In this document: positions 22,479 through 32,587 of the stretch, in pieces
Layout: each line of letters begins with the position of its first letter
How positions within the stretch are numbered: the stretch's first letter is position 1
Virus record (IMG/VR): IMGVR_UViG_3300042013_000065
Length of the DNA: 64,000 nt
Strand: one strand, 5' to 3'
Origin: a virus
The notes under the pieces: model-generated
The model's database searches: none
The model's input: only the letters and a program-made list of their open reading frames with translations
Told to the model about the DNA's origin: nothing
Position numbers and translations under genes: made by a program

Positions 22479-23831
22479 ATGGCCCTGATTTACGCAGACG
22501 ATTTTCAACAGTTTGCAAAAAACCAAAACAACGCAGCGAACGTTTCGAACGCTGTGTCTGCGGGACAAGCAATTGCAATCAGTGATGCCATAGAAGCGAT
22601 GGGGTTTTACCGCCCCTCCGCTTTTGTTTGGGGCACCGTTTTGCAATACTGGTCGTCGGTTGCATACAACACTGTAACAGGTAGTCTATTTTTCATAGAC
22701 CGTGCAAACGCAAATAACCCGTACCTTGCTACGTCAACAACAGTAGACGGATTGAAACGTGACGTTGTGCAAAAAGGCGACACGTTTTTCCTAAGCATTC
22801 AATGGGCCTGTCAGCAAAGCGGCTATTTACCGGCTACGAACCCCGGCCCGTTCCTGCGTTTGAATGATGGTTTGTTTTCTGTAGAAATTTCTACAAACTA
22901 CACGTACATTTTCAATGGCGTGGACACCGGATACGATGCTGTATTTGATGTAGAAATAACTCAGTTTCTGGAAATCATTGTCGGCCCCGGCTACGCGGAA
23001 TTGTGGAACGGTGATAACCTGATTACTCGCCAAATCACGACAACAGTTCCAATCAAGAATTTCCAAATTCGCATGCCTCGCGCAATCACATTTAACAGCA
23101 CGGCAAGCGGATTCAAATTGTTAGGGATCATCGTTTCGGACAGTTCCGGCACAGCGTTGAATACACGCATTGGTCGAAAGCTTCCGAAATCCATTGCGCT
23201 TTCCAGTGTTCCAAGCACGCAGCATTCGTTTGAACAATTGGGTGGCGTAACATTTGCGCAGACGTTGCAAACGCCTATGCAAACACCAGATTTGAACACC
23301 ACGGCAGCGCTCGGTTACGGCAACGTTTATTCCGCCGTTCCTTTTGCCCGCACGTCTCTTATCGGGTCGATTGGCACACCGAAAAAGATTTATGCAGCGG
23401 CGATAAACATTCAGGCAAAACGTCGTGAATTGGCGTCTGATGGCATGGCGCTTTTACCATACATCAAACTTGCGGCTACTGAAGAATACGGCGGCACGTA
23501 CACACCACGCGCACGCTGGAAAGCAACGTGTATGCCGATGTCGATCACGCCTGATTTAACAGTGGACACTTTCGAATTCGGTTTCCAAAACGATTTCCCT
23601 GCATCGACTGCGAAAGTCTATGTCGATGATCGTGCGAAAGTTGAAGTGTACGGCGAAACGGTTGTGCCTGTGTACAATCCAAGCTTGCCTTATCAAGATC
23701 GTGAGCCAACACAAACTCAAGTGACTTTGCAAACTGCGGCATATAGCGCATATGTGTTCGACTACGCGAAATCGAGTTTGGATATTGCCAACACGACAAT
23801 CAACAACCTGACTTATTTGCAGGAATCCTAA
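22479..23831 (+). CDS. Tail fibre-associated protein, distant paralogue of 21370
   Basis: LIYADDF start; NxxRIG hinge shared with 21370. Confidence 0.7.
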   Translation: MALIYADDFQQFAKNQNNAANVSNAVSAGQAIAISDAIEAMGFYRPSAFVWGTVLQYWSSVAYNTVTGSLFFIDRANANNPYLATSTTVDGLKRDVVQKGDTFFLSIQWACQQSGYLPATNPGPFLRLNDGLFSVEISTNYTYIFNGVDTGYDAVFDVEITQFLEIIVGPGYAELWNGDNLITRQITTTVPIKNFQIRMPRAITFNSTASGFKLLGIIVSDSSGTALNTRIGRKLPKSIALSSVPSTQHSFEQLGGVTFAQTLQTPMQTPDLNTTAALGYGNVYSAVPFARTSLIGSIGTPKKIYAAAINIQAKRRELASDGMALLPYIKLAATEEYGGTYTPRARWKATCMPMSITPDLTVDTFEFGFQNDFPASTAKVYVDDRAKVEVYGETVVPVYNPSLPYQDREPTQTQVTLQTAAYSAYVFDYAKSSLDIANTTINNLTYLQES

Positions 23832-25208
23832 ATGGCCTTCGTATCCATAGATAACCCGGCTGGCATTCAGCACCACGGCGGCCAAATGGATTGGTGCCGC
23901 ATTTCTCCTACACGCGTAGCAATCGTGACTTTCACGGCTGATAACAAAGCGTTGGTGCAGGAAGTAAACTACAACGCAGGCGCCACGGAATTAGGCCCTG
24001 CATCGTTTCTGAAACAAGTGACATTGCGTAGTCAGACCAACTACACGTATTTTAAACCACGAATTAAAAGTTTGGGAAATGACAGACTTTTCATAATGGT
24101 TCCTGCGTCGTTTGCTCAGACTCCAACAGCCGCTGGCACCATACGCAACGTAGGGACAGCAGATTACACAGCATTGAATGCAACGCTGGATATTCCGCTT
24201 ACGCATACGTGCATTGTTGCTGTGCGTAATGCAGACGGGACGTACACGGTAGATTCACAAATTGACACACGCACACAAAACATTGCCGAGGGTAACTCGT
24301 ACCCAACGTATGGTGCACCAATTGATATCGACGTGAATCCAAACGGTTTGCAAATTCTTCTACGTCAGCCTGTAGGTGCGAACAACGTTGCACAGCGTTT
24401 GGTGATGAAAAATACACTGACACTTGCAGCGGGCAAACTCACAGCACAGGCTGTCGTGGTAGAACAAGCGTTTTCAACGCAACCACAAGCAACATTAGCA
24501 ACTGCCGTGCGTGAGGTTTTAACTCCCCAACTTGTGCCACTCAAAATATATTCGGTAGCACCGAACTTTGCACAGCCGTGGGTTGCAGTTTACAACGCAG
24601 CAACGGCTATCCTTGCGCGTGAATATTTCAACCCTGCTGCATTGGATTCGTGGCCCGCTGCCGGGGCAAACGCCACCGGAAACTTCCTGAATTTGAATGC
24701 GTATTTACCAATTGATATTGTGGCGAAAACGTTTCTGTACACAGGCGGGCGTCAATTGAATTTGGGTGGTAACTGCTATCTAAATAACAACCTGCTGAAC
24801 GCTGGTGCACAAATTGTCAACCCATTAGATTCAGCGTGGGTTACAAACGATGTCGCTGCTGTTATTGGTATGGCGGGTGAAATAAGTGCTGGTGAAAACC
24901 CTGCGACATTTCCAACGCCGGTTTACGACCATGACGCGGCACTGAGTTTGAATCCTCTGTATCACGCTACGCCATACAACACGGGCAGCAGTGTGCGGCG
25001 TTTAAGTATCGCTTTCAAAAAGATTGTCGGCGGCGGTTTGTACGTAGGCCCATTCGATCCTGTTTCCACACCATATTTCACAAAAGATTTCTACAATCGT
25101 GGTGCAATGATTCACAGGATTAATGACACAGCCTTTTGGGTCATTGGCTGTTTCAGAGAGGGCGCGGCGGGCGCAGACAAACTCGGTGTTATCACCGTAA
25201 AAGCATGA
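23832..25208 (+). CDS. Tail/receptor-binding-associated protein
   Basis: 458-aa beta-rich ORF abutting the upstream gene. Confidence 0.7.
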   Translation: MAFVSIDNPAGIQHHGGQMDWCRISPTRVAIVTFTADNKALVQEVNYNAGATELGPASFLKQVTLRSQTNYTYFKPRIKSLGNDRLFIMVPASFAQTPTAAGTIRNVGTADYTALNATLDIPLTHTCIVAVRNADGTYTVDSQIDTRTQNIAEGNSYPTYGAPIDIDVNPNGLQILLRQPVGANNVAQRLVMKNTLTLAAGKLTAQAVVVEQAFSTQPQATLATAVREVLTPQLVPLKIYSVAPNFAQPWVAVYNAATAILAREYFNPAALDSWPAAGANATGNFLNLNAYLPIDIVAKTFLYTGGRQLNLGGNCYLNNNLLNAGAQIVNPLDSAWVTNDVAAVIGMAGEISAGENPATFPTPVYDHDAALSLNPLYHATPYNTGSSVRRLSIAFKKIVGGGLYVGPFDPVSTPYFTKDFYNRGAMIHRINDTAFWVIGCFREGAAGADKLGVITVKA

Positions 25209-25218
25209 GTAATCATTT

Positions 25219-27798
25219 ATGAGCATGGCACTTTTAAACACAGTCGCGCTGCCAAACGTTTTGCTTGCTCACGGGAAAAACCACGTCGCTGTCTATCAGA
25301 ATGGCGTGGTTTCAACCTACGCAAAAGACGAAGCAAACAATACGCTAACTCTTCAGCCAACCACGTATGCGCTGGCTGACGTTCTCGCATTGAAAATGTC
25401 GAATGACGGAACCGTAATCGCTGCACAAACAGTAGATAAAACGTATCGCCTGACCGGTGGTGTACAAACCCCAATCGACATTGTTGGCGCGTTCGACGTA
25501 GCGAGCAATGGCACAATTGTTATCGTCAGCGTGACTGCACAACAGATTAGCGTGGTGCAAACACTGACCCGAAATTTCAGTGTGGCTGTCACAGCAAATG
25601 ACAAGATTGCAGTTGGCTCAAGCACGTTCATCGTCTACAACAAATCGCGTTATCTTTCCGGTTCCTTTATCGGATCGACTGTAGCACAAAACGTCTTTGC
25701 ATATTCAGCAGCATTTGTAATCGCTGCAACGGGTGACAAATTCGCATTCTTTTTCGAAAACGGCAGCGTTCAATACAACGGCCTTACGCGTACAGGAATG
25801 CCGAAGCTTTACTACCATCGCAACGTTGGCAACTTTATTGTGGCGAATGACGGTGCATTTGATTGGGCGTACCAGCGGCTGTACCCGCAAAGCAATCCGG
25901 TTAAACTGCGTGCAAATGTAATGGAGATTCCAGCCTCTGAAGACATGACGCCGTATGTTTGGTCGCAATTCAGTTTCCAAAATAACCAAGCGATTGAAGA
26001 CGTAACCGAAGCAGCAGTGCTGCTGACGAACGCCACCGTTTCCAGCAACAAATTGGTGAACACTTCTGCAACAGGATATCCATTAGACCGCGCCACACCG
26101 GTTTACTTTTCAGCCTCCGAAGATTTCAGTATCGAAGGTTGGTTGAATATGTCTGCAATTCCTGATGCGGCTGCATTGTTGTCGATGTATGCACCTTCTG
26201 GCTCTACAAACTTCGCGTTCTTTGTGGGTGCGCAAATTGGCAACGTGCTTGTAATCGTCAACGCAGACGGTTCGAATTCTAGCACCGGACGAATCAACGT
26301 AAGCGCCGCTGGTTTGACGCTGAACAATGATCACCATATCGCGGTGTGTCGTGTTAGTGGTGTATTGAAAATTTACCTCAACGGTGCACAGATTTATTCT
26401 GCGGCAAACAACACTGCGACGTTCAAAAGTACGGAATTTTTGAACATTCGTAACGGTGCAATTGGTCGTCGTTGGGGCATGCGTATTTGTCGCGGTAAAT
26501 CTGCGTACACGGATGCGTTTGAACCGTTGGCTACATTGCCTGCGTTGACGCCTCAATACTACGAACCTGCTGTACGTGACGACATTGTTTTCCAAGCTGC
26601 ATTCCGAAACAATTCGCTGCTAAACGAAATGGATTTTGTGGGCGGTCGGCAAATCGTTATGGCTGGCCCAACTTCGGTTGCGAATGGTCGTTTGCAAACC
26701 ACGGCAGCAACAACTTCGCGATTCAGTGCGCCATGTAAGTATTTCGGTGCTGGCGATTTCACAATTGAATTGTTATTCCGTTTGCCTGCGTATCCCGGCA
26801 CAGCGGAAAACTGCGTGTTGGGTCAGTACATAGATCCCGGAAATCCAAACAGTTGGTTGCTCTGGTACAGCAGCGGTGGCGGGATGATTATTTATACCGC
26901 ATCGCAAGCCAGTGGCGGCACGGCTTTGCAATCTCTGTCTTTGGGTTCGAATCTGGTTCCATTAAACAGAGACGTTCACCTAGTTGTTGAGAAAGTTAAC
27001 AATGTTTTGAATGCTTATATGGATGGTGTATTAGTGGGCACACAAGCTCACACGTTCCCGCTCATGGACAACACCGATACAGTGCCTATGCGGAACAATT
27101 GGAATTACACCGCTAGCACTAACCCGCTGTCGATCAAATGGATTCGAATTGCAAAACGGGCGATGTATAACGGCGTGATTAAACCACTCGTTGCACCGCC
27201 GAAAGTTAAAGCAATTCCTACATCTTTGATCAAAGAAGGTGTGGTTGCAAAAGGCATTACAGCAACTGGCGGTTCTGCTTCTGCTGGATCTTGGCGCATG
27301 CCATTCAACGCGTATTTGACAATGCCAAACGCGCCTGAATTGTGTCCGGGTTCGAAAGACTTTGTGTGTGAAGTTGATTTCAGTGTGCAAACGGCGACAA
27401 CCGTTTCTGGCAGCGCAATTACTCCAATGGTTTATTGGGGCACGTGGGCAGCACCGGGAAAACTCGTCAACTACGAAATCCAATACAGCCATACAGCGCA
27501 ACAGTTCGTGATTTCTGCATCCCATGATGGCACTGCTGGAACATTCGTTGTTTTCCCGTTTGCATTGGCATTCAATACTCAGTATTTGGTGAAGTTTATC
27601 CGAACCGCTGGTGTATTGGCCTGCTTTGTAAACGGAACTAAAATTGGCGAATCTCCGTACACCGAAAACCTTTTGAACGATGTTTCTTCACCGTTCTATA
27701 TTGGTCGTCGCATTGGTGGTTCAACCGGAAACGTATTCTGGTACGGTGATTGGACTGTTAAAAACTTTAGCATAGGTGTTATTGACCAAACGCCGTAG
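25219..27798 (+). CDS. Receptor-binding protein with three LamG/ConA-like domains
   Basis: Three DF[ST]IE/DFVCE ... H..V.R..G....Y.NG repeats. Confidence 0.8.
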   Translation: MSMALLNTVALPNVLLAHGKNHVAVYQNGVVSTYAKDEANNTLTLQPTTYALADVLALKMSNDGTVIAAQTVDKTYRLTGGVQTPIDIVGAFDVASNGTIVIVSVTAQQISVVQTLTRNFSVAVTANDKIAVGSSTFIVYNKSRYLSGSFIGSTVAQNVFAYSAAFVIAATGDKFAFFFENGSVQYNGLTRTGMPKLYYHRNVGNFIVANDGAFDWAYQRLYPQSNPVKLRANVMEIPASEDMTPYVWSQFSFQNNQAIEDVTEAAVLLTNATVSSNKLVNTSATGYPLDRATPVYFSASEDFSIEGWLNMSAIPDAAALLSMYAPSGSTNFAFFVGAQIGNVLVIVNADGSNSSTGRINVSAAGLTLNNDHHIAVCRVSGVLKIYLNGAQIYSAANNTATFKSTEFLNIRNGAIGRRWGMRICRGKSAYTDAFEPLATLPALTPQYYEPAVRDDIVFQAAFRNNSLLNEMDFVGGRQIVMAGPTSVANGRLQTTAATTSRFSAPCKYFGAGDFTIELLFRLPAYPGTAENCVLGQYIDPGNPNSWLLWYSSGGGMIIYTASQASGGTALQSLSLGSNLVPLNRDVHLVVEKVNNVLNAYMDGVLVGTQAHTFPLMDNTDTVPMRNNWNYTASTNPLSIKWIRIAKRAMYNGVIKPLVAPPKVKAIPTSLIKEGVVAKGITATGGSASAGSWRMPFNAYLTMPNAPELCPGSKDFVCEVDFSVQTATTVSGSAITPMVYWGTWAAPGKLVNYEIQYSHTAQQFVISASHDGTAGTFVVFPFALAFNTQYLVKFIRTAGVLACFVNGTKIGESPYTENLLNDVSSPFYIGRRIGGSTGNVFWYGDWTVKNFSIGVIDQTP

Positions 27799-27816
27799 AT
27801 AAAAAGGTTTGTAAAA

Positions 27817-28578
27817 ATGCGATTAATCCTAGCCTCGTTAATTTACTTGTATAGCCTGATAGGCATTGCCAGTGCGGAAACGTTGGTTGTGCAAAGCCAT
27901 GTGATTACTGATCTTTACGGCACAACATTCGCCGAAGAGCTTAGTAGTCAAGTGGTAATGTTGGATCGACGCGCACGGCCAAAGGACGTAACCCACATCC
28001 TAAATCAATATGCCCAAACAGAGAAATACAAGGAAGTTACGGTGCTTGGGCAGCTCTACCCAATTGAATCCAGTAAGCGCTTTTCGATTGTGTCTCAGTT
28101 CACGCTGAACAAAGTCATAAAAGATAAAGTGTACGTGCTTCAGGGCGCGGGAGAATTGGAAACCGAGCGATTGGCAGCGATCAAAGAACAGACGACAGTT
28201 ACAGAAGTGTTCGAAATGAAAACAGAACACGACTTGCGCTTAGCACTGATCAAATTGAAACGAAAAGATAAGGGCTTCCTAATCATCAATGTATTTAACT
28301 TACGTGATAATTGGAATGCCAAACTCTCTTACCCTGCCATCGAAGAAATTGTGGTTGAAGCTAACAGAACGCATGTGGACGTGGGAATCTGCTACAAAGA
28401 TTTCCGCACAGCATTAGCCATCGGGCCGACGCCGGACGATGCAATTATCGTTTTGACTGGTGGAAAATCTACAAGCATCTGCGCCTCGTTAGAGCGACTG
28501 AAAAAGTTGGGTAGTATGGATATATATGACCAACTGTCGGGGACTTTCTACCGTGTCATTACAAACAAAAGGGAGTAG
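27817..28578 (+). CDS. Secreted protein resembling a degenerate ABC-type substrate-binding/sensor domain
   Basis: Signal peptide ending ASA; LVVQSH, VMLDRR, KVYVL, SLERLKKLG. Confidence 0.6.
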   Translation: MRLILASLIYLYSLIGIASAETLVVQSHVITDLYGTTFAEELSSQVVMLDRRARPKDVTHILNQYAQTEKYKEVTVLGQLYPIESSKRFSIVSQFTLNKVIKDKVYVLQGAGELETERLAAIKEQTTVTEVFEMKTEHDLRLALIKLKRKDKGFLIINVFNLRDNWNAKLSYPAIEEIVVEANRTHVDVGICYKDFRTALAIGPTPDDAIIVLTGGKSTSICASLERLKKLGSMDIYDQLSGTFYRVITNKRE

Positions 28579-28834
28579 GGCACTGCTGCTACTTCTGCTA
28601 GCGATTATGTTTGGATCGTGGGCGGTCACGGAATTTGATTCTGCTGGGCCTAAACCAGTTGTGACAGAATTCGTAGATTGTGTAGAAGCCGTTTGCAAAA
28701 ATCTGCCGGGTGCTGGACTTGCGTGCGCAATTCAGAAACCCCTGATAACAAAGATCGTCGTTACCAATAACGATGGCGTAAAAACATACCAGTTCACTCC
28801 AACAAACGATAGGTGCAAATATGGGGATGATTGA
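28553..28834 (+). CDS. Small secreted or membrane-anchored protein with 4 Cys
   Basis: GTG start after a GGGGA RBS; hydrophobic LLLLLLAIMF segment. Confidence 0.6.
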   Translation: MSLQTKGSRALLLLLLAIMFGSWAVTEFDSAGPKPVVTEFVDCVEAVCKNLPGAGLACAIQKPLITKIVVTNNDGVKTYQFTPTNDRCKYGDD

Positions 28835-29306
28835 CACAATATTCTCCAGTCCTATCCCCACGATTATTGCAATGATGCTGGCGCTAGCCTTCGGCGCTGT
28901 TATCTGGTGGTTTGCAATTCCACAGGCTGCGCAGCTCAAGGAAGCGCTGGCAACGATTGTGGATAAGGATGAAGAGATAAAGGAGCTTCGCACAACACAT
29001 ACTGATGACCTTAAAAAAATGAGCCAAATGCTGAGCGAAATCTTAGCAATTGTTGAACGCCCCGTCAGTATTCCTGCCCTAGAAGAATTGCGCAGTTTGC
29101 TAAATTCAATGTCGGGGGCACTAAACGGTAATCGCCATTTGGATTCGACGACAGTTCGTGAACTTCAGAACTGTATGAACACCATTGACAGAAACACTGA
29201 GCGGCTTTTGCGCACATTGTCAGAAGTCAGTGAGAAACAAAGCCAAGTGTCGGGTATCATTCTAGGACTCAACATGCACCGTGGTGAAGCGCCGAGAGGC
29301 GTTTGA
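28821..29306 (+). CDS. Single-pass membrane protein with coiled coil
   Basis: N-terminal TM segment; heptad-rich remainder. Confidence 0.75.
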   Translation: MGMIDTIFSSPIPTIIAMMLALAFGAVIWWFAIPQAAQLKEALATIVDKDEEIKELRTTHTDDLKKMSQMLSEILAIVERPVSIPALEELRSLLNSMSGALNGNRHLDSTTVRELQNCMNTIDRNTERLLRTLSEVSEKQSQVSGIILGLNMHRGEAPRGV

Positions 29307-30103
29307 GGTTACTCATGTCATTCGTTCCGAACAATATTCGATTCCGTTCCGTCAGTTCAAAAGCCATGTCGCTTTTTTACGGGAACAAGGCATTTATCCT
29401 CAATGATTTGTTGATGGAACGCAACCAATTCAGCGAGGTTGCTAGAGAAACGCTGCTGCTTTTATTCAATAGCTACACGAATTGGGCGCAGCGGGTCGAG
29501 TATACCTTCCTCAACAATAGCACCGTGACAGAAGCAACAATTGACGCGGTGTTAGCTGATGACGACAAGGTGCAGTCATATCACCTTGAAATATTTGAGC
29601 TTTATCCGACTCTGTTTTGTGAGGGTTTTGTTGACCAGTGGTATACGGTTAACGTGCACACTCGCAATGCTTTCAGAGCCATGATTAAAAGTACAAATGG
29701 AATGCACACCCTTGAAGCCTTCCCGATTATCGTCGCCGGGTTAAGCTCAATGCTTCAAATGTGCTTGTACGAGTTATACGAAATCGACTGCCTGTTAGGA
29801 AGCAACTACGTTCCGAATCAGTGCACGACAAATCGTTCCAATGCTGATCGACTGATTGTCTACATCGACAATTTTACCATTGATTACTATTTCCAGTCGG
29901 GGATTTTTATGTGTGAAGAACGCATAAAATATTACCTGACAATCGCATGTGGATCTTTCCCCGTGTTGATAAAGAACTATTCGACCAGCAGGCTTAGCTT
30001 TGCTGGCGTAATCGAAGGTGACGAACCGCTGGCGTCTCTTCTGAAACGCTGCACGGAATACGTTGATATTGTTGATGTTATTTCGTGCCCACCAGCACTA
30101 TGA
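29303..30103 (+). CDS. Hypothetical helical protein
   Basis: 266-aa ORF coupled to the upstream gene. Confidence 0.7.
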   Translation: MRLLMSFVPNNIRFRSVSSKAMSLFYGNKAFILNDLLMERNQFSEVARETLLLLFNSYTNWAQRVEYTFLNNSTVTEATIDAVLADDDKVQSYHLEIFELYPTLFCEGFVDQWYTVNVHTRNAFRAMIKSTNGMHTLEAFPIIVAGLSSMLQMCLYELYEIDCLLGSNYVPNQCTTNRSNADRLIVYIDNFTIDYYFQSGIFMCEERIKYYLTIACGSFPVLIKNYSTSRLSFAGVIEGDEPLASLLKRCTEYVDIVDVISCPPAL

Positions 30104-30126
30104 AATAAGCAAAGGATACACATAAC

Positions 30127-31257
30127 ATGGCAGAAATTAATGGTTCACTGTTAGTCAAGGGTGACGTTACCCTGACTGGCGAAATCAAAAACTTGCGCAT
30201 CGAACAATTGGTGGAAGATCCAATTGCCGGTGATCTTACTGCGCCGCGTTTGTGGGTAAACACTACCACTGACACGCTGCGCTTCTACAACGGCACCGCC
30301 ACCGTTAGCCTCGGCGCTGCTGGTGCTGGCGGCGTTACTCCTGAAGAGCTGGACACAGCACTTGCGGATTACACCACAACCACCGCACTGACTGCCCTTT
30401 TGGGCGGTTACACAACCGATGGCGAATTGACAACCGCCCTCAGTTCGTACGTGCTGACAACTGCTTTGACTGCGGCGCTCGCACCGTATGCGCAAAGCAC
30501 CGATGTAACTGATGAAATCGCAACTGCTGTTACCGGTTTGGTAAACACTACCCAACTGAATAACGCAATTGATAACGCACTGGCCGGTTTGGATTTCCAA
30601 GCCGACGTTCTCGGTCGCGAAGCTGATTTCGCAGGCGTTGCAGGTCGTTACATTCTGACTGATGGTTTGAGCGGTATTACTCCAACAGTCGGCAATGCAA
30701 ATGACATCGTAGAAGTTACAGCAGGCGGTGAAGCAACCGTACTCGCTTACGACGTTTCTGCACAAGGCCCCGGCGCCCTCGTTTGGGATCGTGCCGATGG
30801 TATGTGGCTGCGTTGGAACGGCACTGATTGGGCAGAATTCGGCGGCATTTCTGGCATCACTCCCGGCGACGGTATTGAAACTGCCGGTGATGTTGTTTCC
30901 GTGAAACTGGACGGCGCCACGCTGACCAAATCCGCTGCGGGTTTGAAAGTTGGCGATCTTTCCGGCACCTACGTTACTCCTGCGGCATTGACTACTGCGC
31001 TGGAAGACTACCCAACTGAAACGGAAATGAACACGAAAGTTGCTGGTCTGTTCTTTCCAATCGACAGTGCTTCTGCAACCACTCACACAATCACTCACAA
31101 CCTCGGCTATCGCTGGCCGAACGTGATTGTCGTTGATGCTGCAACCAACAAACAAATCACTCCTGATGACGTTGAATTCACCACCGTGAATGAACTGGTT
31201 ATCACCCTTGGCGTTGCTGCGGCAATCAAAGGTGGCGTGAGCTGGCTGAACACGTAG
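30127..31257 (+). CDS. Virion fibre/decoration protein
   Basis: About 13-aa L..AL..Y repeats; C-terminal THTITHNLG motif; highly biased codons. Confidence 0.8.
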   Translation: MAEINGSLLVKGDVTLTGEIKNLRIEQLVEDPIAGDLTAPRLWVNTTTDTLRFYNGTATVSLGAAGAGGVTPEELDTALADYTTTTALTALLGGYTTDGELTTALSSYVLTTALTAALAPYAQSTDVTDEIATAVTGLVNTTQLNNAIDNALAGLDFQADVLGREADFAGVAGRYILTDGLSGITPTVGNANDIVEVTAGGEATVLAYDVSAQGPGALVWDRADGMWLRWNGTDWAEFGGISGITPGDGIETAGDVVSVKLDGATLTKSAAGLKVGDLSGTYVTPAALTTALEDYPTETEMNTKVAGLFFPIDSASATTHTITHNLGYRWPNVIVVDAATNKQITPDDVEFTTVNELVITLGVAAAIKGGVSWLNT

Positions 31258-31276
31258 GCACATAGTGGTATAGATT

Positions 31277-31308
31277 AAGGGGAGCCATTTGGTTCCCCTT
31301 TTTCTTTT
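31277..31308 (+). terminator. Intrinsic terminator
   Basis: AAGGGGAGCC-ATTT-GGTTCCCCTT followed by TTTCTTTT. Confidence 0.85.
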
Positions 31309-31310
31309 GC

Positions 31311-31318
31311 GTAATTTA
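31311..31318 (+). promoter_or_regulatory. Candidate late promoter GTAATTTA for the lysis cassette
   Basis: Directly after the terminator; followed by hairpin AGGAAC-ACAC-GTTCTT. Confidence 0.5.
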
Positions 31319-31360
31319 ATGCTATGAGGAACACACGTTCTTTCGCATATGGGGAATGCA

Positions 31361-31525
31361 ATGCTTATTTTGATTGATGCAAAACCCGTGAGAAACAAGA
31401 AAGTTATTTCGAAAATGCAGCGATTGAATCGACGCAAAATGCTTAACCGTCAAGACACCATCGACGACGAAGGCGAAAAGGTTGGTTCGAATCGCGGTCT
31501 GGAACACACTTTCACATCACGGTGA
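31361..31525 (+). CDS. Small basic protein, 54 aa (MLILIDAKPVRNKK...), not in the ORF track
   Basis: GGGGA RBS; fills the gap ahead of the lysis genes. Confidence 0.6.
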   Translation: MLILIDAKPVRNKKVISKMQRLNRRKMLNRQDTIDDEGEKVGSNRGLEHTFTSR

Positions 31526-31529
31526 ACAA

Positions 31530-31784
31530 ATGGAAACGCTAAAGAAATGGGGTTTGTGGATTGTGGGCGCAGCAATCTTTTTGCTGACTCTTTTTGCGGC
31601 TGTAGGTCGGACTAAAGAAAAGCCACAACCGCCAGCACCAGAAGTAGAGTTGCCACCGGATTACACAGAGCAGAACGAGAAAATCGAAGAGGCCCATGTA
31701 GCCGTCGTCGAAAAAACAAAACCCGTTCCGAAGTCGGATGCGGCTTCAATAAGCGCAGCGATAGAGGAATACAACAAAGAATAG
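31530..31784 (+). CDS. Inner-membrane protein, i-spanin-like
   Basis: N-terminal TM, then Pro-rich linker and helical tail. Confidence 0.55.
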   Translation: METLKKWGLWIVGAAIFLLTLFAAVGRTKEKPQPPAPEVELPPDYTEQNEKIEEAHVAVVEKTKPVPKSDAASISAAIEEYNKE

Positions 31785-31794
31785 TGAGTGCGCG

Positions 31795-32298
31795 ATGATG
31801 GAATGGTTTGTAAAAGCGATTGAAAAAGCCATCGAAATTCCCCTCGATGACGCGTTCGGTTTTTTCTTTTGCACCCTTGCAGGTGTGATCGTAAACTGGA
31901 TTTGGAAATGCAAGAAAGAGGGAATCAAACTGTCGTCGTACTGGCTCGACGATGTTAAATCTACCTTTTGGGTTTTTGCTGGTGCGTTCGCAACGTTTCT
32001 GACGACTGTGATCATCGAACCGGGTGTGGGAAAGATTACCTATTTCGCAATCGGTATTGCTGCTGATTCCATGATTGGTAAACCACCAATGCCATTGGCA
32101 GTACGCACCGCGCTGGAACGCTTACAAGCGAGTACAGAAAATGCGGCTAATCCTGTTATTGTTGATTCTCATGGTGCCGGGATGTCAAACGTCCCAACAG
32201 TGGAATCCACCACCGCCACTGCCATTGCAGAAATTGGAAAAGCTTACGTTGGAAGCGTCCCTGCCGGACAAACCAGCGATAAGCCAAGCGCAAGTTGA
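31795..32298 (+). CDS. Holin-like membrane protein
   Basis: 2-3 TM segments; lysis-cassette context. Confidence 0.55.
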   Translation: MMEWFVKAIEKAIEIPLDDAFGFFFCTLAGVIVNWIWKCKKEGIKLSSYWLDDVKSTFWVFAGAFATFLTTVIIEPGVGKITYFAIGIAADSMIGKPPMPLAVRTALERLQASTENAANPVIVDSHGAGMSNVPTVESTTATAIAEIGKAYVGSVPAGQTSDKPSAS

Positions 32299-32587
32299 CG
32301 GAAAAGAAGTTGCCGTACTCGATCTGAATAACACGCGAAAGCTTACGGATTACGTGCGGCAATCGAAAGCAAATACCGAAGGCTTAAATCTTCTTGTGAC
32401 AGCGCACAATCAAACGATCCAGCAACACAACACGGTCGTAGATATTGCGCTGAAACAGGAGGTACGCGCCAACGAAAACTACGCGCTGTATCTGAAGGAA
32501 CAGCAAGAACACGAACGCGATAAAACGTGGTTCGCAATTGAAAAAGTATTCTGGCAAGCGATTGCCATTATCGGCCTTGCGTTGTAA
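32141..32587 (+). CDS. Lipoprotein, spanin-like, with hydrophobic C-terminus
   Basis: MRLILLLLILMVPG-C lipobox; Pro-rich stretch; coiled coil; ends FWQAIAIIGLAL. Confidence 0.65.
   Translation: MRLILLLLILMVPGCQTSQQWNPPPPLPLQKLEKLTLEASLPDKPAISQAQVDGKEVAVLDLNNTRKLTDYVRQSKANTEGLNLLVTAHNQTIQQHNTVVDIALKQEVRANENYALYLKEQQEHERDKTWFAIEKVFWQAIAIIGLAL

Noticed and set aside
27796-27819. TAG stop of the LamG gene is in frame with the next ORF, suggesting amber recoding or readthrough
   Set aside because: The next gene has its own RBS and signal peptide; other TAG stops are soon followed by further stops; genes are not fragmented under code 11
30151-31437. 428-aa antisense ORF (also 9455-10858, 18885-20159, 21376-22365)
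   Set aside because: Shadow of strongly codon-biased + strand genes; no RBS or protein-like composition, and it crosses a terminator
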